Below, one piece after another: positions 36,101-46,260 of a DNA stretch of 64,000 bases. Position 1 is the stretch's first letter. Every line of letters begins with the position of its first letter. The stretch comes from an uncultured Acidobacteriota bacterium. Its GTDB lineage: Bacteria > Acidobacteriota > Thermoanaerobaculia > Multivoradales > UBA5704. The stretch spans positions 320,001 through 384,000 of the forward strand of contig CAVYRF010000002.1 in assembly GCA_963770895.1 (NCBI GenBank). The letters run 5' to 3'. The position numbers and the translations under genes were made by a program. Below the pieces are notes generated by a model that was not told where the DNA came from, did not search any database, and saw only the letters and a list, made by a program, of their open reading frames with translations.

Positions 36101-36804
36101 CCGTCGCGCTCGTACAGGTACGGCACCGCGTCCAGGCGCATGCCGTCGACCCCCATCTCCATCCAGAAATCGAGCGCCGCGTAGAGCGCCGCCTGGACGT
36201 CGGGGCTTTCGAAGTTGAGATCGGGCTGGTGCGAAAAGAAGCGGTGCCAGTAGTACGCCTTGGCCACCGGGTCCCAGGTCCAGTTGGAGGTCTCGGTGTC
36301 GGTGAAGATGATGCGCGCGTCGGCGTAGAGGCTGGGCGTGTCGCTCCACACGTAGAAGTTGCGCTCGGGCGTTCCCGGAGCGGCGCGGCGGGCGCGCTCG
36401 AACCAGGGGTGGCGGTCGGAGGTGTGGTTGACCACCAGCTCGGTCACCACCTTGAGACCGCGGCGGTGCGCCTCGTCCAGGAACACCTTGAAATCGTCGA
36501 GCGTGCCGTACGCCGGGTGGATGCTGGTGTAGTCGGCGATGTCGTAGCCGTCGTCGCGCCACGGCGAGGGATAGAACGGCAGCAGCCAGATCGCCGTGAT
36601 CCCCAGGTCGCGCAGGTAGTCCAGCTTGCCGGTCAGGCCGCGAAAGTCCCCCATGCCGTCGCCGTCGGAATCGGCGAACGCCCGCACGTGGATCTCGTAG
36701 AGGACGGCGTCCTTGTACCACAACGGATCGCCGCCGCTCCCCTGGCGCACCGCTCCCGTGTCGTCTTCATCCTGCTTTGTCGTCTTCGCGTCTCGAACGG
36801 CCAT
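33187..36804 (-). CDS. treS: Trehalose synthase / maltokinase fusion
   Basis: [30 protein letters not shown]; C-terminal [20 protein letters not shown]. Confidence 0.95.
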   Translation of the reverse strand: MAVRDAKTTKQDEDDTGAVRQGSGGDPLWYKDAVLYEIHVRAFADSDGDGMGDFRGLTGKLDYLRDLGITAIWLLPFYPSPWRDDGYDIADYTSIHPAYGTLDDFKVFLDEAHRRGLKVVTELVVNHTSDRHPWFERARRAAPGTPERNFYVWSDTPSLYADARIIFTDTETSNWTWDPVAKAYYWHRFFSHQPDLNFESPDVQAALYAALDFWMEMGVDGMRLDAVPYLYERDGTNCENLPETHVFLRQLRAHVDAKFSDRMLLAEANQWPEDSIAYFGDPENGAGECHMAFHFPVMPRLYMALRLEDRYPVVDILEQTPAIPASCQWATFLRNHDELTLEMVTDEDRDYMYRVYAQDAQARINVGIRRRLAPLLGKDRRRIELLNSLLFSLPGAPVLYYGDEIGMGDNIYIGDRNGVRTPMQWNGDRNAGFSNANPQRLYLPVIIDPEFNYQAINVETQQGNPHSLLWWTRRLIALRKRHRAFSRGSLEFLQPENHHVLAFLRQSAEETLLVVANLSRFVQPIELDLAAYDGLTPVELFGGTAFPPIAAGRLYPLTLGPHNFFWFSLVREPSRRARRRVQAGEPAEVPQFQVAGGDWRACLAGTGRTAFEAAIAARLPALRWFAGKARTLRTVTIGEVIPLTPAAPPLPEAYLLLLDVTYEQGEAERYAVPVAWAAETPGTRPPGRPQGWLARVATSGAAAPAGLGVLYDPLDDPAFDLGLLAAIGGGRRFAGAASEVASWTDRSFAALAGGGAGGVGGGETAAELTPRPLSTEQSNSSVRFGDRLVLKLLRKLEPGVNPDLEVARFLLESTSFRNLPPLAGGLDIHAAHGTASPAAAAATAVASSRAGRGAEPVTLALLTGFVANEGDAWSFTLEALGRYFERVRTGWGRGDFGPAPHDAVAAPLLDLAAAAAATDGAGAPADLYERIGTYLPAARLLGERTADLHLALASAPPDNAAFAPEPFSTLHQRSLYESMRTLTARTFDLLRRQLGDLAPEVRDQAEAVLAAADQVRARFGTLLGPKIAATRIRTHGDYHLGQVLHTGKDFVILDFEGEPARSLSERRLKRSPLRDVAGMLRSFQYAAFAWLFEESATGIIPPTDLPMFESWALYWERWVAATFLAAYLARTAGASFIPADRGDLASLLDAYTLEKAVYELAYELNHRPGWVGIPLAGIRQILDLPRPAAPADPAAGGAAASGGAR

Positions 36805-36861
36805 CGATACCGCACTCCTTGCGCCGCCGCCGCGATGCGCCGCGGCAGCGCCGGACAGTTG

Positions 36862-38859
36862 CTATTGGAAGTAGTCGAAATCGTGCTCCGAGCGCACCCG
36901 ACGCCGCACGCGGAACAGATGCGCCGGCGTCTGCTGCGGATCCAGCTGGACGAAGTTGCGCGCCCCGGTCCACAGGTAGCGCGCGCCGGTCAGCAGGTCG
37001 TGGACCTGGAACGAGCGGCCGACCTCCAGCCCCAGCCGCGCCAGGTCCAGCTCCACCCAGCCCGACTGCACGTGGTGCGGGTCCAGGTTGACCACGGCGA
37101 CCACCGTGTTGTCGGTCCCCGCGGCCGATTTGCTGTAGCACAGCAGCTGCTCGTTGTCGCTCGGGTGGAACAGCAGGCCGGCATTGCTGCGCAGCGCCGC
37201 GTTTTCGCGCCGCACCCGGTTGAGCAGCGCGATCAGGTCGCGCAGGCTGTGCGGCGCCGCCAGGTCCCAGTGGCGCAGCTGGTACTTTTCCGAATCCAGG
37301 TACTCTTCGCTGCCGCGCTCGCGCGGCTGGCTTTCCAGCAGCTCGTAGGGCGGCCCGTAGATGCCGTAGCTGGCCCCCAGGGTCGCCGCCAGCACCAGCC
37401 GCTGGATGAACATCGGCCGGCCGCCGAACTGCAGCTGCTCGGTCAGGATGTCCGGCGTATTGGGCCACAGGCTGGGGCGGAAGAACTCCGCCACCTCGCT
37501 GCGCGTCAGCTCGGTGAAGTACTCCACCAGCTCCCAGCGCTGGGTGCGCCAGGGGAAGTAGTTGTACGACTGGGTGAAGCCCAGCTTCGCCAGGCGGTAC
37601 ATCAGCTTGGGACGGGTGAACGCCTCGGCCAGAAACAGCACGTCGGGATGGGCGGCCTTGATCTCGCCGATCAGCCACTCCCAGAATCCGAACGGCTTGG
37701 TATGCGGGTTGTCGACGCGGAAGATGCGCACGCCGACGTCGATCCAGTGCTCGAAAATACTCTTGAGCTCCTGCCACAGCTCGCGCCAGGCGTCGCACTC
37801 GAAGTCGAACGGATAGATGTCCTCGTACTTCTTGGGCGGATTTTCGGCGTACTGGATGCTGCCGTCCGGCCGCTTGCGGAACCATTCCGGGTGCTCGCGC
37901 ACGTAGGGGTGGTCGGGCGAACATTGAAACGCGATGTCCAGGGCGATCTCCATGCCGTGCTCGCGCGCCTGGGCGACGAACCAGCGGAAGTCGTCCAGCG
38001 TCCCCAGCTGCCGGTGCACCGCCTTGTGGCCGCCGCTCGCGTCGCCGATCGCCCAGGGGCTGCCGACGTCGCCGGCCTCGGCCTGGGGCTGGTTGTTGCG
38101 CCCCTTGCGATGGCTCACGCCGATCGGGTGGATGGGCGGCAGGTACAGCACGTCGAAGCCCATCTCGGCGATATACGGCAGCCGCTCGGCCGCGTCGCGC
38201 AGGCTGCCGTGGCGGCCCGGCTCGCGCCCGCACGAGCGCGGGAACATCTCATACCAGCTCGAAAAGCGCGCCCGCTCGCGGTCCACCACCACCGCCAGCT
38301 CGCGCCACGTGGCCGCATGCGCGCGGTCCGCGTGGCGGTCCATCAGCTGCGCCAGCTCCTCGTCGAGCGCCAGCTGCAGCCGCGCCGCAGGCTCCTTGCC
38401 CTGCTCCAAAGCCCGCGCCAGCCCCGCCAGCACCCGCCCATCCGCCTTGCGCCCGGCGGCGCGCGCCCGATCCGCGGCGCGGTTGATGAACGCGGCGCCG
38501 GCCAGCAGCTCGATCGCCACGTCCTGGCGCGCATCCACCCGCTTCTGCAGGTCGCGGCGCCAGGTCTTGAACGGGTCCACCCAGGCGGTCACCGTGTAGC
38601 GCCACCGCCCGACCGACGTCACCGTCACCTCTCCCCGGTAGCGGTCGTTGCCCAGCGCCTCCATCGCCACCTCGGTCCAGCCCGCGGCCCGCTCGTCGCG
38701 CACCAGCAGCAGGCAGCGCACCGCGTCGTGCCCGTCGACGAACAGGTCCGCCTCGACGGTCAGCCGCTCCCCCACCACCCGCTTCACCGCGAACCGCCCG
38801 CCGTCGAGCTCAGGCCGCACCCGGTCGATCACCACCCGCTGCCTGCCCTGGTCGTTCAT
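36862..38859 (-). CDS. glgE: Alpha-1,4-glucan:maltose-1-phosphate maltosyltransferase
   Basis: WYEMFPRS, YAENPPKKYEDIYP, FRVDNPHTKP, LAEAFTRP; start may be 38922. Confidence 0.95.
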   Translation of the reverse strand: MNDQGRQRVVIDRVRPELDGGRFAVKRVVGERLTVEADLFVDGHDAVRCLLLVRDERAAGWTEVAMEALGNDRYRGEVTVTSVGRWRYTVTAWVDPFKTWRRDLQKRVDARQDVAIELLAGAAFINRAADRARAAGRKADGRVLAGLARALEQGKEPAARLQLALDEELAQLMDRHADRAHAATWRELAVVVDRERARFSSWYEMFPRSCGREPGRHGSLRDAAERLPYIAEMGFDVLYLPPIHPIGVSHRKGRNNQPQAEAGDVGSPWAIGDASGGHKAVHRQLGTLDDFRWFVAQAREHGMEIALDIAFQCSPDHPYVREHPEWFRKRPDGSIQYAENPPKKYEDIYPFDFECDAWRELWQELKSIFEHWIDVGVRIFRVDNPHTKPFGFWEWLIGEIKAAHPDVLFLAEAFTRPKLMYRLAKLGFTQSYNYFPWRTQRWELVEYFTELTRSEVAEFFRPSLWPNTPDILTEQLQFGGRPMFIQRLVLAATLGASYGIYGPPYELLESQPRERGSEEYLDSEKYQLRHWDLAAPHSLRDLIALLNRVRRENAALRSNAGLLFHPSDNEQLLCYSKSAAGTDNTVVAVVNLDPHHVQSGWVELDLARLGLEVGRSFQVHDLLTGARYLWTGARNFVQLDPQQTPAHLFRVRRRVRSEHDFDYFQ

Positions 38860-39113
38860 AGGCCCTGTCACGCCTCCCGCTTCAGCCCGTGCTGCCGCTG
38901 CCGCCTGCGAATCGCCTGCCATCCGGCAGCCCCGGGGCCGTCCGGCCGCCGTGGGCTACCGTGGGCCACCCCGGCCCGCGGGGGCATCATGCTACACCGG
39001 GCGGCGGCTGTGAAACCTCCCGGCCGTCCGCCTCGTCTCGGTAGAAGACCGGCGGCGGCAGGGAGGCGGCACCCCGCCCCACCCCCGCCACCCGGACCCG
39101 AAGGAGCACTGCA

Positions 39114-39677
39114 ATGCTGACCTGGAAAACGATGATGGGCTGGTCCCTGATGATCTTCGGCGCCGCCGCGGCGCAGGCCAGGGCCGACCTGTGGCTGCAC
39201 ATCAAGGTGCGCGACGCCAACGAAGGCAGCAAGGTCACCCTGGACCTGCCGCTCTCCGTCGTCGAAGCCGCCATGCCCTTCCTGCCCGCAGACGCCCGCT
39301 GCTCCGGCAGCCTGCGCGTCGGCGACCGCGACCTCTCCGTGGCCGACCTCCGCCACCTCTGGCGCGCCCTCTCCGAGCGCCCGGACGCCACCTACCTCAC
39401 CGTCCAGGGCTCCGACGGCAAGGTCCGCCTGGGCCGTGAATCCAACCACCTCATCATCCGCGCCACGGATCAGAGCGCCCACCACGGCGAGCGCATCGAC
39501 ATGCGCATCCCCGCCCCCGTCGTCGACGCCCTCCTCACCGGCGCCGACGACCAGCTCAACCTGGCCGCCGCCATGACAGCGTTGTCCCGCGCCGGCGAAG
39601 GCGACCTGGTCACCGTCAACAGCCACCACGAGACCGTCCACATGTGGGTCGACGCCGACAGCAACGGCGGCCGGTAG
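39114..39677 (+). CDS. Hypothetical exported protein
   Basis: AAGGAG RBS, signal peptide, core-like codon bias. Confidence 0.7.
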   Translation: MLTWKTMMGWSLMIFGAAAAQARADLWLHIKVRDANEGSKVTLDLPLSVVEAAMPFLPADARCSGSLRVGDRDLSVADLRHLWRALSERPDATYLTVQGSDGKVRLGRESNHLIIRATDQSAHHGERIDMRIPAPVVDALLTGADDQLNLAAAMTALSRAGEGDLVTVNSHHETVHMWVDADSNGGR

Positions 39678-39693
39678 CCGCACGCCGGTCCTT

Positions 39694-39877
39694 CAAGAAA
39701 ACCCAAGGCGGCACCTCCGGGGCGGCCGTCGGGAGGACTCCCCTTGTCGTCGCGCTGCGGGCTCGCGGGCCGGCAAGCGGCTTGGCGGTGAGCCGTATCG
39801 CCAGCGGCTCCCGCATTTGCCTCGCCCCAGAGCGCCGCCAAGTGGACCCTCCCGCCATCCGCCCCTCCCCGGACTGC
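39694..39877 (-). repeat. Structured dispersed repeat, copy A (inverted relative to copy C)
   Basis: Reverse complement closely matches 51720-51904. Confidence 0.9.
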
Positions 39878-40031
39878 GGTCCGTACCAGAGCCGCTAAAC
39901 CCCGGGGGTTCGGCGGTGGGATTCAGGCCTGGGCCAGCGTGGGCAGTGAGAACTTTGGATTCGTGTCCGTCTAGCGAGTAATAAGTGCGCAGGGCCTGCC
40001 GCCCTGCCCAAACTCAAAAGGCGGTGCGATC

Positions 40032-42056
40032 ATGCGGCGGCTGTGGCTTCTGCTCGGCCTCATCTCATTCATCCTTGGAGTAGGCATGCCCTTGGGGGCG
40101 AATGATCTGTGCGGTACCGTTAGCCCGGAGCTTTCATTGAACCCCAACGCCTGGACTGCCGTCGCCAGGTTGCCAGCCGCCCGCTTCGTGGTTTTCGATC
40201 CGGTTTCGAACTCTTTTGCGTTTGTTTCACCGTGCGTCCCCACCGGCGGCAAAGTCTTATCCTCGGACGAGAAGAACGTGGAAAGGCTCGATCGGCGACG
40301 CCTTGCCTTAACGACGCAGAAGATCAGCCTGCTGATCATGCCCTACAACCCACTCAACGGCGTCGTCACCTTGATATCCACTCTTGGCACCGGAACCGAG
40401 ATCGACGAAACGGTCAAGCAAGACCAGTCCACCACCACCAATACTTCGCCCGCGAATACCGCCAAATCCGGCAAAGGCACTCAGACCGACAAGAAGACGC
40501 CGCGGGCAAGCGACACGAAGCCAAGCGATCAGCATACAGCTCAGGCAGCTACGGGCGCCGGCAAAGTGCTGCAGGATGTGCAGACGAAGGCTGAGAGCGG
40601 CACGTCGCCCTCGCAGACAGCAAGCCAGAACAGGATCAAGTACGCCCCCAAGCAGAGCGGCAGGAGGGTTGGCAAGAATGCGGCCCAGTCCCAGGCAACC
40701 AGCGAGAACACGTCGGACGATGCAGCGCTTACCACTCTGTCCCAAAACGCCGGCAAGGCAGCATTTCGTCAAATGTACCAGAACACTCCTGGTACCAGTC
40801 CCGATTCCAAGGGCAAGGCAGATTACTGGGCCGAGTTGGTCTTCCTTGGCGCCCACGATTTTGACGAGCAATCCAAAGCGGCAGTTCCGGTTCTGGCGAC
40901 GTTGCATCAACATGTTGACTGCGCGACGCAACATGTCGCGGAGATGCCTATTGAGGTCAGCCGGCAATTCAGGAACGATGGTTTCAACCTGGCAAACGAC
41001 ATCACGCTCAAGCAGATCGAGGACGAGGCAAAGAAGCGCCTTGGCGTTCTGAAAAATGCGAGTACCTTCTATAAAGCGTGCACCGATGCAACCGGTGACA
41101 ATGCGCTGGAAGCCGATATCGCGGCTCTCCAGGCGAGACTGAACGCTAGCACCCAAGCGATCGACAGCCTGGCACAGGTTGCGGCCACACAGTCCAGGTA
41201 CCTTGAAATCGCCGCCGCCCTCCCAACTCCGAAAACGCTTTATGATGCTCCGATCACCGCGGATCAATGGAACAGCTGGATCAGTGCCACTCGCGCCGAC
41301 ATCAAGAACGAGCAGTCCGAGGCCCAGGCGCTGCAAACGGAGTTGCAAGACGTGTCCACTGAGGTTGGCAAGTTGCGCAGCGCCGGTGACACGTTCCTGA
41401 GCGCGGTAGCTTCACCTGCGTCGGAGATCCAGCGCTTCAACTTCGTACCGCTGCGCATGAACCAGTCAATCACGTTCAAAATCAGTCGCGGTGCGGCGCA
41501 GAAAGCCGATGGTGACAATGCGGACATCCCGGAACGGGTGAACTCGCTCACCCTGCTGTCGGCTCCAGCCTACCGGGTGCGGTTGGGGGCGGGCGCCGTA
41601 GATTCCTGGCTGGCCAACCCGACTTTCAAGGCGGGGGAGAAGGTAGGCTCGGGGGCGAATGCCAAGACGATCATCTCTGCCGACGACACCGGCGGCAGCG
41701 TTCTGCCCGCGGCCTTCGCCTATCACCATTGGGGCTATCGCTGCCCGTTCCTCGAAGCGACAACGATGGAGCGCCTGCTGCCGACCTTCTCGGTCGGCGT
41801 GGCCGCGGACGGATCCAAGACTTTGCAGCAGGTGCTGCTCGGTCTCACTTGGCCGTTAGCCGACGGTTTTGCGCTCAATGCCGGGTGGCATTGGGGAGAC
41901 GTCAACGGCCTTGAAAAGGGCCTGCACCTGGGCGATGCGGTACCGTCAAGCACCGACGTTTCCACCCTGGTGAGCAAGCGCTATACGGGCAGGGCTTACG
42001 TCGGCATTATCCTCAACTCGGACACGTTCCAGGGGCTGCGCGGCAGTAACAAGTAA
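40032..42056 (+). CDS. Hypothetical secreted protein with coiled-coil middle and possible C-terminal beta-barrel
   Basis: 674-aa ORF, signal peptide, heptad-like helices, amphipathic beta-strands at C-terminus; lower GC. Confidence 0.7.
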   Translation: MRRLWLLLGLISFILGVGMPLGANDLCGTVSPELSLNPNAWTAVARLPAARFVVFDPVSNSFAFVSPCVPTGGKVLSSDEKNVERLDRRRLALTTQKISLLIMPYNPLNGVVTLISTLGTGTEIDETVKQDQSTTTNTSPANTAKSGKGTQTDKKTPRASDTKPSDQHTAQAATGAGKVLQDVQTKAESGTSPSQTASQNRIKYAPKQSGRRVGKNAAQSQATSENTSDDAALTTLSQNAGKAAFRQMYQNTPGTSPDSKGKADYWAELVFLGAHDFDEQSKAAVPVLATLHQHVDCATQHVAEMPIEVSRQFRNDGFNLANDITLKQIEDEAKKRLGVLKNASTFYKACTDATGDNALEADIAALQARLNASTQAIDSLAQVAATQSRYLEIAAALPTPKTLYDAPITADQWNSWISATRADIKNEQSEAQALQTELQDVSTEVGKLRSAGDTFLSAVASPASEIQRFNFVPLRMNQSITFKISRGAAQKADGDNADIPERVNSLTLLSAPAYRVRLGAGAVDSWLANPTFKAGEKVGSGANAKTIISADDTGGSVLPAAFAYHHWGYRCPFLEATTMERLLPTFSVGVAADGSKTLQQVLLGLTWPLADGFALNAGWHWGDVNGLEKGLHLGDAVPSSTDVSTLVSKRYTGRAYVGIILNSDTFQGLRGSNK

Positions 42057-42092
42057 TCGATCACCGGCGGCGCACTGCTGCAGGACCCTCGG

Positions 42093-42124
42093 CGGCGCTC
42101 CCAGGAGCGCCGGCGTTTGCTTTT
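42093..42124 (+). terminator. Putative intrinsic terminator
   Basis: CGGCGCTC-ccag-GAGCGCCG hairpin followed by GCGTTTGCTTTT. Confidence 0.5.
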
Positions 42125-42146
42125 ATCCCGCAAAAACGGTCAGCGC

Positions 42147-43120
42147 GCCGCAGCCGGCGCGGTGCAGGTCGGTGGGGGCCAGGGTGGGGAGCAGGCGACG
42201 GAGGTCGCGCAGGACCAGGGGCGGGGACAGCGAGCGGCGGATCTCGGCCAGGCCGGTGCGCCAGTGGCGGGCGGCGAAGCGCCAGAAGCCGCGGTAGGTG
42301 AGGATGTCCAGGGTGTCGCGCAGGGAAAAGCTGCCGCGGCGGTAGCCCTCCCGCTTCCAGGCGAGGAGCGCATTGGGGCCGGCTTCGACCTGGCCGCTGG
42401 TCATGCGGGTGAGGTGGAAGCCCAGGAAGGGGAAGCTGGGGTCGGGGACCGGGTAGATCAGGCCGCGGACGCGGCTGCGGGCAGCAGGGTCCAGGTCCCA
42501 ATATTCGCCGCGGACGGGGACGATGCGGATATCCGGCCGGTGGCCGCACAGGCGGGGCACGCGGTCGGCTTGCAGGCCGGCGCAGTTGATCAGCAGCGCG
42601 CAGCTCAGGGGGCCGCGGCGGGTGTCCAGGCGCAGGGCGCCGGGGCGGTTGGGGTCGGGGCGCGCGGCCAGCAGGCGGGCGCCGGTCACAACGTGGCTGC
42701 CGGCGGCGGCGATGCGCCGGGCATAGGCGTTGGCGACGGCGGGATAGTCGACGATGCCGGTTTCGGGCACCCACAGGGCGGCCAGGCCGCCGGCCTGGGG
42801 CTCGAAGTTGCGGATGTCCGCGGCGTCCACAAGCTGCAGGCCCGCCAGGCCGTTGTCGCGGCCGCGGCGCTCCAGGGCGGCCAGCGCCGGCAGCTCTGCG
42901 GGGGTGACCGCCACCACCAGCTTGCCGCAGCGCTCGTGCGCGACGCCCTCTTCGGCGCAGAAGCGATATAGCGCTTCGCGGCCGGCGACGCACAGGGACG
43001 CCTTGAGCAAGCCGGGCTTGTAGTACAGCCCCGAATGAATGACGCCGCTGTTGTGGCCGCTCTGGTGGGCGGCCAGGCGGTCTTCGGCTTCCAGCACGGT
43101 GACCCGCAGGTCGCCGCGCG
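42147..43120 (-). pseudogene. lhgO: Internal 974-bp duplicate of lhgO lacking both the N-terminal FAD-binding motif and the C-terminus
   Basis: Colinear with 52083-53056, same length, scattered substitutions. Confidence 0.9.
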
Positions 43121-43239
43121 GGCCATAATCATTCTGTGCTCCGATCTGCACGAGGCGATCGGCAGCCGGCTGTCGATGCGCCAGCCGGAGCACCGTAAGT
43201 CGCAAGATTCTCCCGGCTGCGAGGGAAAGAGGTCCCCGA

Positions 43240-44562
43240 GTGCCTTCCGAAAATGATGCCGAGGATGTCTGGCTGTTCCTGCGCAGCCTTCTGCTCCTTG
43301 GCCTCTTGCTGGTCGTTCTCGTCTCCGCCTGGCCTGTTGCCCCTCTTCTCGCCGTCGCGCTGGCCGGTTGGCGGCTGACCAGGGGACGCTACGCCGTCGG
43401 CTGGATGACCTTACACGAGTTCCTTGGCCCGGTTGCCGCGGGTCTTTCGGTGCTCTGCGCATCGCTGCTCCTGCTCAACGCCTTCGCACTTGGCCAATCC
43501 TGGCCCTTGGCGATCGAAGACTGGGTCGTGCGTATGAGCCTGCGCCTGTGTGATGTGCTGAAGATTCGCCCCGTGGCGGTGATCAGCGGCCTCGCCTGCC
43601 TGCTGCTCGTCAGCTTTGCCGCGCCTCGTCTCAAGCTCGTCAGGAAGATGATCGAGCTGAGAGGTATCCTGGACAAGGTCTGCCTCTTCCTCATGGTGAT
43701 CACCTCCTTTTCTCTCAGCTCGGCGCTCCCGATTAACCATTGGCAACTGGACTCTTCCATCGGGAGGTTCGCCTCCTATGAGGCGAACCTCAACCGTGAG
43801 CGCCGCGCGGCCGACCGAAGAAGGGTTCTGGCGGCGCTCGACGCGGGCGCACATCGGTTGACGTCTACCGATCTGGCCAACCTGCAGCAGCTGTTGGCAT
43901 CGATCGCGGCGCACGTGCCAAGCGGCGACGAACAAGAGGTCGTTCGCGGCGTCCTGCGGGCCGGCCTGGGAAAGGATGTTGAGGCCGCTGCCCCCGGAGC
44001 CGGTGAGACCGGCGAGCCAGCGTTGTCCGACGACACCGCGAAGCTGCGAGACGAACCCGTACCCCATGCCGTCCTCCAGGTGCCCACCAGCGAAGCAGAG
44101 TTGGACGAGGCCGAACGCCAGGTGCACGAAGAAGAACAGCGCGCCGACCAAGCGGAGCGCCGCATGCAGGAAAGCCGCGCCGCGCTGGCTGAATTTCTCA
44201 GTACGGTCGTGAGCGCCGCAATTCCCGAGCTCCATCCCGTCTTAAATGCATACATTGACGATCTGATAGACGTTGCGATCAAGCGGGGCATGGGCGCCGA
44301 TGCCGAGGAAGTCGCAGCCGACAAGGCGAAGAAGATCCTGCGGGCCTCGACCGCGCCTGACGACTCCCAAGCGCCGGAGGAACCCGCCCTGCGGGCCGCG
44401 AGAATGAGAGACTTGGTGGGGAATGTCGCGACTGAGGTCAGGACCGAAAAGCGAGCCGACGCCGCCGCGGCCGCCGCAGCAACAGCGGCCGAGGCCGCAC
44501 GCGAAGCAGTGGAGAGAGAGCAGGCCAGGGCGAGGGAAAGAGCTGTAGAAACAATTCGCTAG
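43240..44562 (+). CDS. Hypothetical membrane protein with C-terminal coiled-coil region
   Basis: About 4 N-terminal TM segments, E/R/A-rich helices; start uncertain. Confidence 0.6.
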   Translation: MPSENDAEDVWLFLRSLLLLGLLLVVLVSAWPVAPLLAVALAGWRLTRGRYAVGWMTLHEFLGPVAAGLSVLCASLLLLNAFALGQSWPLAIEDWVVRMSLRLCDVLKIRPVAVISGLACLLLVSFAAPRLKLVRKMIELRGILDKVCLFLMVITSFSLSSALPINHWQLDSSIGRFASYEANLNRERRAADRRRVLAALDAGAHRLTSTDLANLQQLLASIAAHVPSGDEQEVVRGVLRAGLGKDVEAAAPGAGETGEPALSDDTAKLRDEPVPHAVLQVPTSEAELDEAERQVHEEEQRADQAERRMQESRAALAEFLSTVVSAAIPELHPVLNAYIDDLIDVAIKRGMGADAEEVAADKAKKILRASTAPDDSQAPEEPALRAARMRDLVGNVATEVRTEKRADAAAAAAATAAEAAREAVEREQARARERAVETIR

Positions 44563-44682
44563 AACCATGCAGATTGCATACGAAATTACGCAACATGCGA
44601 TACGCTGCTGTCCTCATCAGGAATCCCCTATGGGAGCACAGCCTTGGCACAGCAGCCCTGAGGACCCGCAGCGTGCGCGGCG

Positions 44683-44796
44683 ACTTGGCGGCGCTCTGGG
44701 GCGAGGCAATGCGGGGACCCGCTGGCGATACGGCTCACCGCCAAGCCGCTTGCAGCCCCGCGAGCCCGCAGCGCGACGACAAGGGGAGCCCTCCCG
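44683..44796 (+). repeat. Structured dispersed repeat, copy B (core only)
   Basis: ACTTGGCGGCGCTCTGGGG...GACAAGGGGAGCCCTCCCG matches 51754-51867. Confidence 0.88.
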
Positions 44797-45280
44797 GCAG
44801 GCCGCGGACGACTACAAGACGGGGATCTTTGTGCGGCGCGACGGCGCCGAGGCGAAGGGCTGCGACAGCGCACTCCGCGGTCTCACCGGGCGGGCAGTAA
44901 CCCTCATCTGGCCATTTCGCCCGCGTCTTTCGCCTGCGCCTGCTGTGCGTCGTGCGACGGGAAATCCGCTGGCCTTCCAGGTTGAGTCGCAACCGCGGGA
45001 CGGCACCGAAGAGCCGCGGCAAACGTGGCGACGCTTGCGCGCATGGTGGTCACCAATTGCAGATCGAACGCAGCAGCCATCTCAACTGCTTGCTGCGTTA
45101 ACAACCAGGATCTTTGCGAACAGGCTCTCTTCGCGCACACCATGCGGACTACCGGCAGCAACACGCCCTCCAAAAGCGGCAGTGAGATACCGGCAGCTTC
45201 GCCCAGGCGCGCGCGTTGCGGCGAGCCGCCCTGTCGCGTGGAAGGCTCAGCGGGGGGGCAGCTGCCGCGCGTAAGCGGAT

Positions 45281-45553
45281 TCAGCCGCCGTAGGGGTCAG
45301 GTGCTGATCCTTCGTCGGTTTGCGGGTTGGAAGAGGTGCTGGCCGGCCGCCGGATCATCCCCTTGGCAGGTGCTGCCGTGGTCTGCCGCAGCGGCGCCAC
45401 TTCGCCGGAGAGCCATCCCCAGAGCCGGATCAACGGCTCCCAGACCGCGACTGGCCTGCTGCTCTGCGCCTGGAGCGATAAGGCGAAGGATGAAGTGGAG
45501 GCCACTGTCAAGGCAAGGAGTAGGGCGAGGGCGATGATGCGAGGGATACGCAT
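45281..45553 (-). CDS. Small secreted peptide precursor ending TDEGSAPDPYGG
   Basis: AAGGAG RBS, signal peptide MRIPRIIALALLLAL..SFA, Trp-rich amphipathic helix, acidic DxGxxxDPxG tail. Confidence 0.7.
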   Translation of the reverse strand: MRIPRIIALALLLALTVASTSSFALSLQAQSSRPVAVWEPLIRLWGWLSGEVAPLRQTTAAPAKGMIRRPASTSSNPQTDEGSAPDPYGG

Positions 45554-45581
45554 GCGGGACTCCTTCCGCGGAGGCGATGCG

Positions 45582-45920
45582 GCCGGCCTGGGGCGAACCG
45601 ACCAGGCGCTTGCCATCCTGCTGCAGGTGCGCGCCGACTTCATCGCCACGGACAACTTCTACGTTGCAGCGCTGGTGACTCTGGAGCTGGCGGAGGTCCA
45701 CGCCGGCCTGGGCCACACGGCCGAGGTCAAGGCGTTGGCCCGCGAGTCGGAGCCGGTGTTCGAGAACCAGCAGGTGCATCGCGAGGCGCAGCGGGCGCTG
45801 GCGCTGTTCCGCCAAGCAGCCGAGGAGGAGAGGGCCAGCGGCGAGCTGCTCCGTCAGCTCATCGTCTACCTCCCCCGTGCACGCCACGATCCGCAGCTGA
45901 GCTTCGCCGCGAGGGCATGA
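45582..45920 (+). pseudogene. C-terminal fragment of a TPR-like helical-repeat protein
   Basis: AGLGRTDQALAIL..AALVTLELAEVHAGLGHTAEVKALA..VHREAQRALALF; no plausible start or N-terminus. Confidence 0.65.
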
Positions 45921-46066
45921 GCGTCGTGCCAGCACCGTAGCGGCAAAGCGCGGCCCATGCCCGTCAGGGGTGCCGCCTGAATATCCTATGCAGGCGAAGT
46001 ATATTTTTGATCTCGCCACTCGGTCGTCCCACGAAGGGATTGCCTTCATGCATCGCGCCAGGAAAC

Positions 46067-46121
46067 AGGCGACCGAGGCGCCGCTGGAACCGTTGCTGGC
46101 AGTCCGACGAGGGGCGGATGG
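46067..46121 (+). repeat. Structured dispersed repeat, copy D (5' part)
   Basis: CAGGCGACCGAGGCGCCGCTGGA..GCTGGCAGTCCG..GAGGGGCGGATGGC matches 51687-51742. Confidence 0.85.
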
Positions 46122-46260
46122 CACGACCTGGGAGTGCCGCCCGGGCGAGCTCTTCTCCCGGGTGTCGCCGCCGATCGGTGCGCCGCTGCCGAACCAGCGC
46201 GCCTACGTCCTGGCCGGCGAGCTGGAGCCGTCGCCCGTCGGCGTCGAGGGCGAGCTTGGT
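46122..46260 (+). pseudogene. Relic of an NRPS adenylation domain
   Basis: TTWEC..PPIGAPLPNQRAYVLAGELEPSPVGVEGEL resembles the A-domain consensus PIGRPLPNTRAYVLD..L.PVPVGVPGEL. Confidence 0.7.

Noticed and set aside
26857-36721. Apparent long N-terminal extensions of GH57, GlgB and MalQ
   Set aside because: Stop-free alternative frames of the upstream genes; real starts sit at the gene junctions
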